From: Oopsacas minuta
Lineage: Eukaryota; Animalia; Porifera
Direction: 5' to 3'
Assembly: GCA_024704765.1 (NCBI GenBank)
Contig: JAKMXF010000094.1
Span: 1-30,102 of the forward strand
DNA length: 30,102 nucleotides
This document shows positions 11,742-22,276 of this stretch, one piece after another (position 1 is the stretch's first letter; each line of letters opens with the position of its first letter). The notes beneath the pieces are model-generated. The model was not told the DNA's origin and ran no database searches. It saw only the letters and a program-made list of their open reading frames with translations. Position numbers and translations under genes: made by a program.

Positions 11742-12866
11742 TACGGTACGCAGTATCTCCTGTGGGATTATTGCCCATTCTCTCATTAGAGATTGCTTTA
11801 GAGACTCAATACTGTTATGGGACTTCGAGCAAGCACTTGACCCTAAAATGGACCACACTGAGAAATCTAGGGGTTGAGGTCTGGGCTAGACGGCGGCCAT
11901 TCTACCTTTGAGATAAAGTCAGGAATATTTGTCTGAAGCCATTCCTGAGTACTGTTTGCTGTATGGGCAGGAGCACCGTCTTGTTGGAATATGAACGGCT
12001 GGTTTTCAAACATCATCTCATCGAGATCTTTCACAATGGGCTGTAAAATGTGCTCCTTATACGTTTGTAGCATTTATTTTGACCCCTACAGGGACGAAGA
12101 CCAGTGGTGTCCGGCCAACAGAAGATACTCCGGCCCAAACCATCAGCGAGAGTGGTTTCTAGACTCTTTTGACTTACCTGTACTCATCAGGGACAGTAGA
12201 AGTGCTTTTAGATAATATTCTATCGTTTTGACGATTGAATGCTTGTTCAACGGTGAAAAGTTTTTCATCGGAGAAAAGGACTTGATCCAGTCCCTGGGCT
12301 GCGAATCGTGTATGGAGGACTTTGCTTCTTGAGAGCCTCTTTGTCTTTATTTTGTCTGAAGGAAATGGACTTTCCTTTTCTTGAACGAAGATAGCCCTAA
12401 GTCTCTCTTGACAATCGTTTGAAGAGATCTACGGGATATTTTCAGTTCTTTAGCCATTTTTCTGATCGATCGCTGAGGATTTCGCCACAGTCGACTCCGC
12501 ACTACCTTTCGCATCTTTACGGTCGTGATGGAGACCGGGCGAACAGTTCTGGCTCTGTCCATCACGCCACCAGCCTCATTGAAGCGTTTTATCGTACGGA
12601 TTACAAAATTTCGACGTGTCTGTGGAATTTTTAAAAGTTCCATTATTTCCTTTTGTTTTCCATTTTTGAAATAATTCAACAATCACCGACCGTTCTTTCT
12701 CCACAGCTGATAATTTGTTCCTGGTTTTCAAATAATGTATTTTTCAATAAATATTGTATTGCGAGAGATAACAGAATATATACAAACCAGTAACGTTAAT
12801 CAATCTAAATCATGAAAGATTTTGGTACGATATAAAGTTATGTGCCAGAACTTATTGGCCACCCTG
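11742..12866 (-). mobile_element. maT/DD37D Tc1-mariner element, family A; decayed transposase, 3' end truncated by the adjacent hAT
   Basis: 28-bp TIR 12839-12866 plus TA. Broken frames give HTH region, LFSDEKLFT, MVWAGVS, FQQDGAPAHTA, WPPSSPDLNP(L)DFSVWSIL. There are 37 residues between the 2nd and 3rd catalytic Asp once a 1-nt deletion is repaired. Several stops and frameshifts. Stops abruptly at EWAIIPQEILRT. Confidence 0.92.
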
Positions 12867-13402
12867 TAGGTATGAAAATATTTGGCAACTAAAACAAGAA
12901 ATCACCATTTTCACAGTAGATCGGCAAACCCATCCCTTGTCCATATTTCAATTGTACAGTAAGTGCTCACAATGTGCCATAATCGCCTAATGACGTACTA
13001 GGGTAACCATTGCAACTAAGCATGTTTTATGTGGTCTATATAGTAAATCGGCACCGTAAATTTCAAATGTTTCACTTACATTTCCGTACTATTACCACTA
13101 TTGGGAATATTACGTCATTTCGATGATTATATTATTTTTAACATTCATGGTTCAAGGATAAATAGTATTTGTTATTTCTATGATTGAATTTATGGTATCA
13201 AGTCAAGTTCCTAATGATGGATTACAGCATATATATATAACTAGCTATTATATAATAATGAACCCAGGGGTGTAGTTTTTCCTTTGCTACATATTTGAGG
13301 GAATTATACCTTGTGGAAAAACTGTCACTAAATATATAAACTCAATCTCTAATTTTCTTCAATTCATTATCATTCCCCCATACTATGCTATTATATAAGA
13401 TA

Positions 13403-14320
13403 CAGTAGCGTACCCAGCATTTGGAAATGGGTGGCGGGGCGCCCAATAAGTAATTTCATAATGACGATAATAATAATTTGTCATTGAATAATTGGAGCAA
13501 TTGCACTACTACTTATATTTAGGGCAATATTTTAGCTGTTAATTTCATATTAACCTTCCATTTTCATCTAATGATTTATTTCACACTAAGGTTCATAATA
13601 CATAATTTATATATAAATGGGTTCATTCCATAATTTCGTATAATCTACGCATAATGGCTAAACGTTCAGCGAATACACTTGATTTTTTCCTTTCGAAACA
13701 AACAAGGGTTGAAAATAAAACGCTTTCTGAAATCGAATTGGAGATATCAATGAATACAACAAAAGACATCTCTCTCGAACATTCAGACCCGGCTATTTCC
13801 ACTTCTATTAATATAGAACCTAGTATTCAGCATCCACATCATTTGGCTATAGGACTATTTGTCTCTGAAAACCAATTAGTGAATGAAGAACTTCGTCTAG
13901 AAGTATTACTTAACTGTTAGACCCAACAAGGAAATTATACTTATCCACCTATTACTGATGGAAGTAGGAAATGGTCTTTCAACGGTAGCTGGTTAACTCT
14001 TTTCCCATGGCTTGCTTATTCTGAATACTTATCGGGCGCATTTTGTAAAATATGTGTGATGTTTATAGATATGGGTTAGATATTCGCGACCAACTAAACC
14101 AACAGAGAATGCAACAGAAACAAACTAATCGTGATAGACTTGTGCCTATAATAGAAACTATTCTTTTTCTTGGTCGGCATGAATTAGCCTTCCGTGGACA
14201 TAGTGGAGAATGCAATATTAAACATTGCAGAACCAAATGAAAACGACGGAAATTTTCGTGCTGCACTCTGTTTACGTTTAAGAGCGGGAGATTCTGTATT
14301 AAAGGAACTTCTCACCTAAA
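13403..14320 (+). pseudogene. 5' part of a hAT element: ZnF-TTF plus DUF4371-type N-terminal transposase remnant, internally deleted
   Basis: hAT-like left end cagtagcgtacccag at 13403. ORF from 13654 reads through a TAG into YTYPP..RKWSFNGSWLTLFPWLAYSEYLSGAFCKICVMF (TTF zinc finger). After a jump near 14065 comes IIETILFLGRHELAFRGH...NDGNFRAAL..R...GDSVLK (DUF4371). Similarity ends near 14320. Confidence 0.85.
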
Positions 14321-14880
14321 TGAAATGTACTGGAAACAAATGCTCATTTTGGGTGAGTGAGGCAAATTGGTATATAATATAAAGTCAATTATAGGCTATG
14401 TAAATTGCAGTGTAATATACTTGTTTATCATCCCACCACGCCCCCAGTCTTAAAAATTATCATCAATGCGGCCCTCTGGGAGTTTTGCAATATCTTTTCA
14501 GACATAAATATTTGTGTTGAGGTCAGATTTTGTTAGTATATTTAGCACTCATCGTTGTGTCAGTGTATTTCACTACCCTAGCCCATTTCATACTTGAGGA
14601 GATTCCCTAGGCTAGCTCAGAGCTACTCAGCTAAATTAATATATTCCAGGATACAAGTAAATATGGGCTTTTAGACTGAGTTTACAATTTTGTCTAACTA
14701 GACAAAATATGTTAGGAAATTATTATCCAATTTGATGTATGGACTTATAATCAAATTATTTCTGAGCAAACTGATTTTGTAAATGTGTTATTGATTTGCA
14801 AGATAGGATGAATGTATGTATATATTGATTATTAGAGGCCTTGACATCATTATATGAAATGATTATGCGATGCTAAACCA

Positions 14881-15352
14881 GGCCTAAATATAGTAAGTAA
14901 GCAACAGCATAGTTTATGAAACACAGAGAGCGCTACCAAAGAGGTTTTGTATCAGCAACAAAACTTCATCCACCATATAGTGATGTACTGAGTACACGAT
15001 GCCCACTCGAATCGCATTTGCAAATGAGACTGAAAACACAATCAGAATGCAGCAATAGAGGTTATGAAACACGAAAAAGCGGTATCAGAAGGTTTATGTA
15101 TCAGTAAAGAATACTACATCCACATGAATTTTAAGTAATGACTACGTAAATCCCACCTAAATCATCTGTCATATCCAAATGAGGCCTAAATTCAGCAGGT
15201 AAGAAACTGAAGAGGATATGAGACACGGAGAGGGAGTCCCTGAAAGGTTTTGTATCAGCAAACAATACTTCATCCATCAGAAGGTGACGTAATTAGTACA
15301 TATAGCACTCGAATCGTCTGTACATAAATATAGTAAGTAAGCAACTGCATAG
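14881..15352. repeat. Diverged ~150-bp tandem repeat, 3 units plus the start of a 4th
   Basis: TATGA(A/G)ACAC at 14915/15063/15217. TGTATCAG at 14948/15097/15251. CATCCA at 14967/15117/15271. GGCCTAAAT (14881/15183) and CACTCGAATCG (15004/15306) recur 302 bp apart. 27/28-bp direct repeat at 14885-14912 and 15325-15352. Confidence 0.9.
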
Positions 15353-16050
15353 GTCATTCTGCGGAGTTGTTGTTTGATTGTAGGAAATTTTCCCGGTTTG
15401 AATTTCAATTTACATACTTTTGCTTAGATACTAATATTTTGAGGAAGTATTACAGTATTTGACCTAAAATTTCACGAGTAATTTACATTTTGGCCCTGAG
15501 AATGATAATTACTCTAGCTATGTATTCATGTTAAATTTGATTAACAAGTTTTTAGTCAACCACATGAGATTGGTATTTTACTCCATTGTTTCGTCATACT
15601 TTTTGTATTTGTAAATTTTATGGTGTGTTAACACAAAAATATATATATCACAGTAACTAATAGAGAATAGACCTATAATGATCACGAAATATCATTTTGA
15701 TAAAACTAAACAGATGAAGTATTACCTTTTTGTCAAAACTTCAACTGATAGTACTTAACTATTATTGTTTTCATATTCAGAATGACTTGTTACATGTTAC
15801 GTTGAGAAATACTTTTGGGTATTTTTATTTTCAAGTATGCATAGCAGATCAATATTCTACCTATAAATATTTATCAGTATACTTCAACATTCAACATCTG
15901 AAACTTCTTCAACTATTCTCAACTCTTCCCGATCTCAAAACAGTGGCAAAACAATGTGCTGTGACAAATTTTCTCTTCAAAAATCGAAACGCATATCATC
16001 CTCCAATCCAGGTGTTATAATCCTCCTTCACAGTCAAGCATCTTCTAGAG

Positions 16051-16148
16051 CATTGGTTCCCAACCTTTTTCTTCCGCGGACATCTTTAATCCATTTTATG
16101 GGGTCCGCGAACCCTAATGGGCCACAAACCCCAGGTTGAGAACCACTG
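16051..16148 (+). mobile_element. hAT-Charlie-type MITE (98 bp)
   Basis: TIRs cattggttcccaacc / ggttgagaaccactg. Flanking 8-mers ttctagag (16043-16050) and ttctagtg (16149-16156) fit the Charlie NTCTAGAN target consensus. Confidence 0.88.
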
Positions 16149-16156
16149 TTCTAGTG

Positions 16157-16279
16157 CAGTGGTTCTCAACACGGCGTCCGTGGCCCTAAAGATGTTTTCG
16201 TTATGTTTATTAGCCGGGGGTCCGCAGACCCGATAAAATGGGCCAAAGAGGACCGGAAGAAAAAGGAAGAGAACCAATG
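16157..16279 (-). mobile_element. Second copy of the same Charlie-type MITE (123 bp), opposite orientation
   Basis: Ends cagtggttctcaac / gagaaccaatg. Flanked by ttctagtg (16149-16156) and ttcgagag (16280-16287). Its reverse complement aligns end to end with 16051-16148 apart from a ~25-bp indel. Confidence 0.88.
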
Positions 16280-16709
16280 TTCGAGAGAACATTTTGGTTT
16301 TGTGAAGTAAATTCTTACATCTCATGAGCCTAAGTTCCGGCATGGTTGGCAAAACTATGGGTCTACTAATAATTCTACTCTCTCCATCGAGACTAATAGA
16401 AACTTGTAAATTGGCCTATCAGTTCTGCCATCTGGACTCCAATGCCCTAGCAATCCATATTCCGAATAAATGCCCCTTTCATACATTTCATTTAAATTAC
16501 GGAATAGCGAAAGATTACCAATCCCATAATATTCACACTAAGCTCAGAAATCATCAAATGCATTCTTGCGTAACTAAATGAAGAAAATAGCTGGGCATAA
16601 TTTATGCAATTGCTGATTATCAAGGGACGTACCATATTTAGATCAGGCTGAACTAGAACAATTATTTGTTTTTATATATTCATAGACACCCAACAAATTT
16701 ACTTATATA

Positions 16710-18021
16710 CAGTGTGGCCCTGAAGTCCTGTCCCATTGATAAAGTGGAATAGCTTGACTAAACTGTATGCTATAGGCTGGCAATTTTTACTCGTCTTACA
16801 GAATACTATCAGAAATATATAATATCTTTACTACTCAATATAACCTCCTCGTTTTTTTACTACGGCTCTCAATCGTCCAGAAAACGCTCCAACCGCGGCA
16901 CGAATGCTTTCCTGAGGTATTTTGTTCCACTCCCTTGTTAAAGACCGCTTCAAACACTTGACAGAGGTATGAGACTTGGCGCAAGCATTGGTCTCCAGGA
17001 TGGACCAAATTGCAAAGTCCATCGGTTCAGGTCTGGACTATAGGGAGGCCATTCTGTCTTCTGAATAAATCCTGGAAAATTGTGTTGGAGCCAGGTTTGA
17101 GTACTATTGGCGGTATGAGCCGGTGCTCCATCCTGCTGGAATATAAACGGTTCTCCATTAAACATTGTTTGACCTAGATTCTGCAATACAGGCTCCAAGA
17201 TAAGCTCCCGATAGGTGGTAGCATTTATTTTTACTCCAGGGGGGACAAATATCAATGGTGTCCGACCAGTTGCCGAGACACCAGCCCATACCATCACAGA
17301 GTGAGGTTTCTGTATGCAGCTCATGTATCGATACTTTTCTGGGATACTAGCTCGTGTTGCCGATATGATCCTGTCATTTTGAGAGTTTGTAACTTCCTGA
17401 ATAGTGAATATCTTCTAATCGGAAAACAGAATCGTTTCGAGACCGTGATTTACGTGCCGCTCAAGCAACCCTTTACATCTAGACATTCGTTTTTGCTTAA
17501 CTTGGTCTGTTAGATGATGAACCTTTTTTCTTTTGAAGGAATACATTCCCATCTTAGTATTCACGACGTTTTGTATGGAATGGCGTGACACCTGAAGATC
17601 TACAGCCATCTTCCTCATGGATCGACGCGGGTTACGTCGGATTCGCTCCCGTACCCTCTTGGCAAGCCTGGGAGTCGTAACTGAGGAAGGACGACCGGAT
17701 CTAGCGTTGTCCTTTACTCCCCCTGTTTGCTTGTACCTCAAGATCGTCCGATATACAAACTTCCGTCGACTCCTAGGCATATTGAGCAACTTTAAAATTT
17801 CTCCTGGAGCCTTACCATTTTCAAATAACCAAATAATTCCTGCTCTCTCGACTTCCATTAGCTTAACTAAGTGCTAGAGGAAGTGAACCAGGAATATGCT
17901 TAGTAATATTTGTATTACTGACTCAATTGGTTCGATTACAACATTAAATCATGTATAGTGAATCTAGTATCTTCATTTCCTTGTATTATAAAAGATGGGA
18001 CAGAACTTTGGGGCCACCCTG
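16710..18021 (-). mobile_element. Full-length maT/DD37D Tc1-mariner element, family B (1312 bp); transposase 17858-16831 with one nonsense codon and one frameshift
   Basis: 27-bp TIRs (cagtgtggccctgaagtcctgtcccat vs cagggtggccccaaagttctgtcccat, 23/27) with TA on both sides. MEVERAG...ILFSD*KIFT (TAG at 17415-17417 where GAG/E is expected; the frame continues), VMVWAGVS, FQQDGAPAHTA, SPDLN(P)MDFAIWSIL, GGYIE*. D-D spacing is 37. Confidence 0.96.
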
Positions 18022-18035
18022 TATATATCATGAAA

Positions 18036-18230
18036 ACGAAATTCACTTTTAGCATTCTTGATTATCCTTGTATCGGCTATATGACCTAGTTTCTTTGATT
18101 ATTTCAAGATTCCAATTATTTGTTTTATATATTCATCAAAATCTTACTACATTTACTTATATTTAACTTGAAAATACGAAATTCGGACTTAGCATTCTTG
18201 ATTATCCTTGTATCGGCTTTATGAGCCAGC
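18036..18230. repeat. Direct repeat, two ~55-bp copies 140 bp apart
   Basis: Exact 30-mer ttagcattcttgattatccttgtatcggct at 18049-18078 and 18189-18218, each preceded by acgaaattc (18036, 18176) and followed by a similar tatga.. tail. Confidence 0.9.
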
Positions 18231-18916
18231 TTTTTCCTATTTACTACCATATTTTATCCTAAATGTTCCCATAACTATCGTTTCAACTGTTAGTAATAGG
18301 TTATCAATTATGTGACTTATACTATAAAGTTTCATCTTCTAATATATTTCTTCATTTTCTATCAACACATCCCTAATCCCTGGGACGTTACCCATGTAGC
18401 GTTCCCAGAGAATGCAGCTGTCTACAATACTGGACATGGCCTTGTTTAACCTCACAAATTCATGATCTAAAATGTATCACTATTTTCTTCATCTATAAAT
18501 TTCTATCTCTACTATTTCGGGATCTTAGAGCTAAGATGCCAGGTTAGTTCACATAGCAATTAATATTTGAAGGAAAATAATTAACTTTCTAGGAGGCTAG
18601 TTTCAAATCAAATGTTATTTCTTGCGATAGGTTTCCGTCCTGGTCTTTACCTATTGCTTACAGCGCCCCTGGACCCACATCCAGAACTTGTTGCACACTA
18701 GATTGAATTTGTGCCTCCCAGATTTCAAAGGCACACGATGCCACTGTACATAACATCTAAGCGTCGTTGAGCCAGTGAATTGAAGTACTTTGGAAAATAT
18801 TTGTGGGCGTAGCGAGCAAATATCCAGAATTGAGAAATTCTGTGATGACAACATAGTAAATTCATTTTGTTTATTTAAATTGTGGTGGGAATAATGAAGT
18901 GGCGCTTTCTGTTACC

Positions 18917-18989
18917 GTGCCTCAATATTCTACAGTAGATATTCATCCATGGTTTATGTATACAGTGCCTCAATATTCTACGTGCCTCA
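18917..18989. repeat. Short direct repeat (17 bp twice plus a partial third copy)
   Basis: gtgcctcaatattctac at 18917-18933 and 18965-18981, then gtgcctca at 18982-18989. Confidence 0.85.
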
Positions 18990-19010
18990 CTAATCTGTGC
19001 AACAGGCCTC

Positions 19011-19227
19011 TCCGATGAGTTTGAGCAAGTGTCAATGCATCTCCTACCTTCGACCGAGATAGCCGATCTACTCGACTACTTCGAGAGGACGTATATATAT
19101 TGCACACACTAGCCAGTGAATACCATATAGCCACGACGTTCCCCACTGACCACGCCAGCACGCCCTGCAGCCATTCCTTTTCACCTCACGCCACTCTTCT
19201 CCTCTTTCTACCCTCTCCATTGAGCTG
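19011..19227 (+). pseudogene. Probable MULE (Mutator-like) transposase fragment
   Basis: SDEFEQVSMHLLPSTEIADLLDYFERTYI (LLDYFERTYI at 19068-19097) matches the MULE C-terminal LLDYFExTYIG motif. A downstream SIEL resembles the FPIELW motif. No TIRs found. Confidence 0.5.
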
Positions 19228-20585
19228 CAGCTACCATGGAAGAAGAACAGTAGTTATGATGCGGTAGCTGTACCTCACTTGATCACTCAGACATTATTTG
19301 CAGTTCTCTTACTATCTCAGACATCTATTATGTTATTATTTTTATCATTATTTTGTTATACATATTCTACTATTTTCTAATACACATCCACATCTATTAG
19401 ACATTCAATGTTGAATATTTATGACCTGAATTAATTCATCTGACTAGTTATCAATTAGAAGCATAGAAAGGTAATTTCCTGGCATGATTTTCCATGGTAG
19501 AACATGTTTAAAATATGTATTAGGATAAACCCGGAAGATGATATTTGTATTTTTTCCAAATCTATGGATAATTCTTTGGTCACAGCAAGCCACACTTTCC
19601 TACTTGCATAGTGAAAAGTTCAATATATATATAGACAGAGAGAGAATGTGACGAGATAATCGAAAGGTAAAAATATATTACAAATTATCAGGCCTATAAA
19701 AATAAAGATAAAAACATCATCCACCATCCCAATTTTCGAAGAAATTCGGGATGAGAAACAAGTAATATATTTTAATTGGCCTAACATGGAAATAACAATA
19801 AAAAGCCTAGTTAGCCTATGACTTACCCTGTCCTGGCTCTAGGAAGGTTCTGGGGCTAGGTTGCATTGTTAGTCTACAGTAGAGCCATGGGAAACCATAG
19901 AAATCTGATTTAGATTTGATTTGTAACCACTCTATGTTCGCAACAATTTGGGGCCCAGCTAACTAATACCATGGACTCCCGTAGTAAACAAATCGGAAAT
20001 TAATCATTATAACAGAATTCCACATAAAAAGAAGTAATTTATTATAAATTTTATATGCAATTATATATTCTTGTTGTGCTATAATGAATTCAGCTTTTAA
20101 CGAAATGGAAGCGAGTTCCGGAACTAGTAGTTTACAACAGTAGTTAGTTACGTCACAAGACTTGTAGTCAATTTCATTAGTTTCCCATAATCTAAATTTA
20201 ATAAAAAGTAAAATCAATTGACAAATCAAATTAGGTGCGAATTGTCGGTATTCTCGATAGCATAAACATCCGAAATTGGGCCAACAACCGAAACATTAGT
20301 CAAATATCCTGGGGTGACCCCCATTTACTAGGATGATTGATAAAAACATTTATTATTGACACAAATTACTTGAACATAGGCAAGTATCATTCATTAGAAG
20401 CACTCTCACATAATAGATCCATCTTAATGGTGTATATATTTAGTTATCAATCTCTTCTACTGTCCATAAATACCCAAAGATTGTGACGCAGTATTGAAAT
20501 AATAGTACATTATATAATTATAAAATTATTCATAATTAGTATTTATGTAATTGCATTGAACTGTAAGAATTTCTATGCGTATTTA

Positions 20586-20633
20586 CTAGTACTAGCGAGC
20601 TTCGCTAGCTAGTTCGCTGCGCAACAGCTTAGT
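20586..20633 (-). mobile_element. Helitron-like 3' end
   Basis: Perfect hairpin ctagcga-gct-tcgctag (20592-20608). On the minus strand the element ends CTAG followed by T. A second homologous copy lies at 7078-7118. The upstream part is cut by the hAT end at 20653. Confidence 0.55.
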
Positions 20634-20652
20634 GCTATAGGTTAGCTTAAGT

Positions 20653-21283
20653 CAGGGTGGGGGCCAAGGGGGGCCATGGCCCCCCGAAATGTTTTGATGA
20701 TTGATTGTAATTTATATTTATGTCCCAATCAGTGGAATACTCATGGGGCTATGTCCCAAAACCACTTGAAATATTGTTTAAATATATTATTCATTTTTGC
20801 AAATATTGTTGTTGTCTCTACTATTACTACAGATACACTACAAAACAATGTCAATCATTCTGTTAATTTTGGCCCTTTTATTTATGATTTCCCCAGGCTC
20901 AATTTGTATTTCACGGCCATGGGCAGTTATAATTTCAAGACCTGATAATCTTTCTTCTCCCATGGTTGAAAAGCTCCTTTCACTTGTTGCGGTTGTTATT
21001 GCTATCGTTGAAAATAGCTGTAGGATACGGAATATAGCCGGCATTATGTCTATATTGCAGTGTGCTAATGAGTCAACAGCATTATCAGGAATCAGCTCTC
21101 CCTTCCTTTTCTTTCAACCCAAATTTGAGCCCAAATTTTCAATTGTGCCTCGATTTCTGAAGAACTAAATGGTAATATTGTGTCGATGGGCTCTAATACT
21201 TTTTGCATTTCCTCTATTGGCATATTTCCCCCAAAACTTGGAATAAGTTTCTGAATTGTAAAACCTTTCTGTTTGTGCTTCAA
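20653..21283 (-). pseudogene. 3' end of a hAT element with decayed C-terminal transposase (PRKRIR/THAP12-like) sequence
   Basis: Terminus cagggtgggggccaagg with the subterminal palindrome ggggggccatggcccccc. Frames give EIEAQLKIWAQIW / ELIPDNAVDSLAHCNIDIMPAIFRILQLFSTIAITTATSERSFSTMGEERLSGL...IDIVL*, with a frameshift near 21100. Confidence 0.87.
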
Positions 21284-21692
21284 AAACCTTAGGTTCAGTT
21301 GTTCAATCAGCCATATAATGTTCCATTTGTTTGCAATTATCAGATGGCTATTTAAAATTTATAGAAGGGAATACTTGAGGAGATTTGTAGTGTGAAATTG
21401 GGAATCAGCGTATTTGAATTACTCCCTTTAGCTGTTAATAACAATCTTCTACGATTATTCGAAGGTTATATAATCTATGAAAAAGATGCTATTTAAATCA
21501 TCTATTGTAAATTGGTAATATATTTTGTCATTATAGATTATAAATAATTAAAGCTATTATTAAACTTAGATATTCAATGAATCCATATATACAAGACTAG
21601 AAGTACCTATTGTTTACCTAATAAATATTTAACATCTAAGAACAATAGAATTTTCCGATGACATAGTACTAGAAAATGAATTTCCGGTGGTT

Positions 21693-21870
21693 TGTCCGAA
21701 TACCAGACAAGTTGAGGACATGGTATCTGTCCGTTGTGAAAAATTGTCCGCTCTTCGGAGACTGCTTAAGTAGTGATTACATGCCTGGCGGATTCGATTC
21801 GTGCCACGATGTTTGTCCGTTGGAGGGGGTTGTCCACTTCTCGGAGTGTCCGTTTTGGGAGACTTCACTG
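21693..21870. mobile_element. One end of a Tc1/mariner-superfamily (pogo/Tigger-like) MITE
   Basis: Ends gagacttcactg followed by TA (reverse complement TA-cagtgaagtctc). Six TGTCC(G/A) subterminal motifs at 21693, 21728, 21745, 21814, 21831 and 21847. The other end was not found. Confidence 0.65.
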
Positions 21871-22276
21871 TATTTCATTTATCTTTAGCAAATAATACTA
21901 GAACCAATTTAAATTTCTAGAAGAGTACAAAGGTGTAGAATTTTTGCTCCTTCGAAAGGTTTGAAAAGTTTGGCACCTTTCGTTTCATAAATTTAGCTAG
22001 AGGCCTGACAAAAGTTTGACCAGTGTGAAATAGTGCCACTTGATATCCGATCGTTAGCAAAGGGGAGAATCATACCCGACGAATATTTTCAATATTTCTC
22101 ACACCATATGTCATCTTAATTTTATCCAGTTTTGGCTGCAGGGCTTTCGCGGAGAGAAAAAGAATATAGACAACAATTTCAATACTGGGATACTATACTA
22201 AAGTATTGTCGATAGAGATTGTAATTGTATATTTTTTCCTCGCTCTCCTAGGAATTCAAATCCATCAAACTATATA

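Noticed and set aside
15930-16020. VTAHCF on the minus strand resembling the trypsin His motif
   Set aside because: Spacing to the upstream GG is wrong, the frame has a stop, and no DSGGP motif is present.
11717-17877. Plus-strand ORFs overlapping the maT elements and the ORFs across the Charlie MITE pair (e.g. 11717-11911, 11991-12215, 12419-12634, 16086-16352, 17301-17513, 17617-17877)
   Set aside because: They are antisense or shadow frames of transposase or MITE sequence with no independent motif.
18917-18989. Repeat-spacer-repeat pattern (17 bp / 31 bp / 17 bp) superficially like CRISPR
   Set aside because: Only one spacer, the repeat is too short and non-palindromic, there are no cas genes, and the context is eukaryotic; it is a local tandem duplication.
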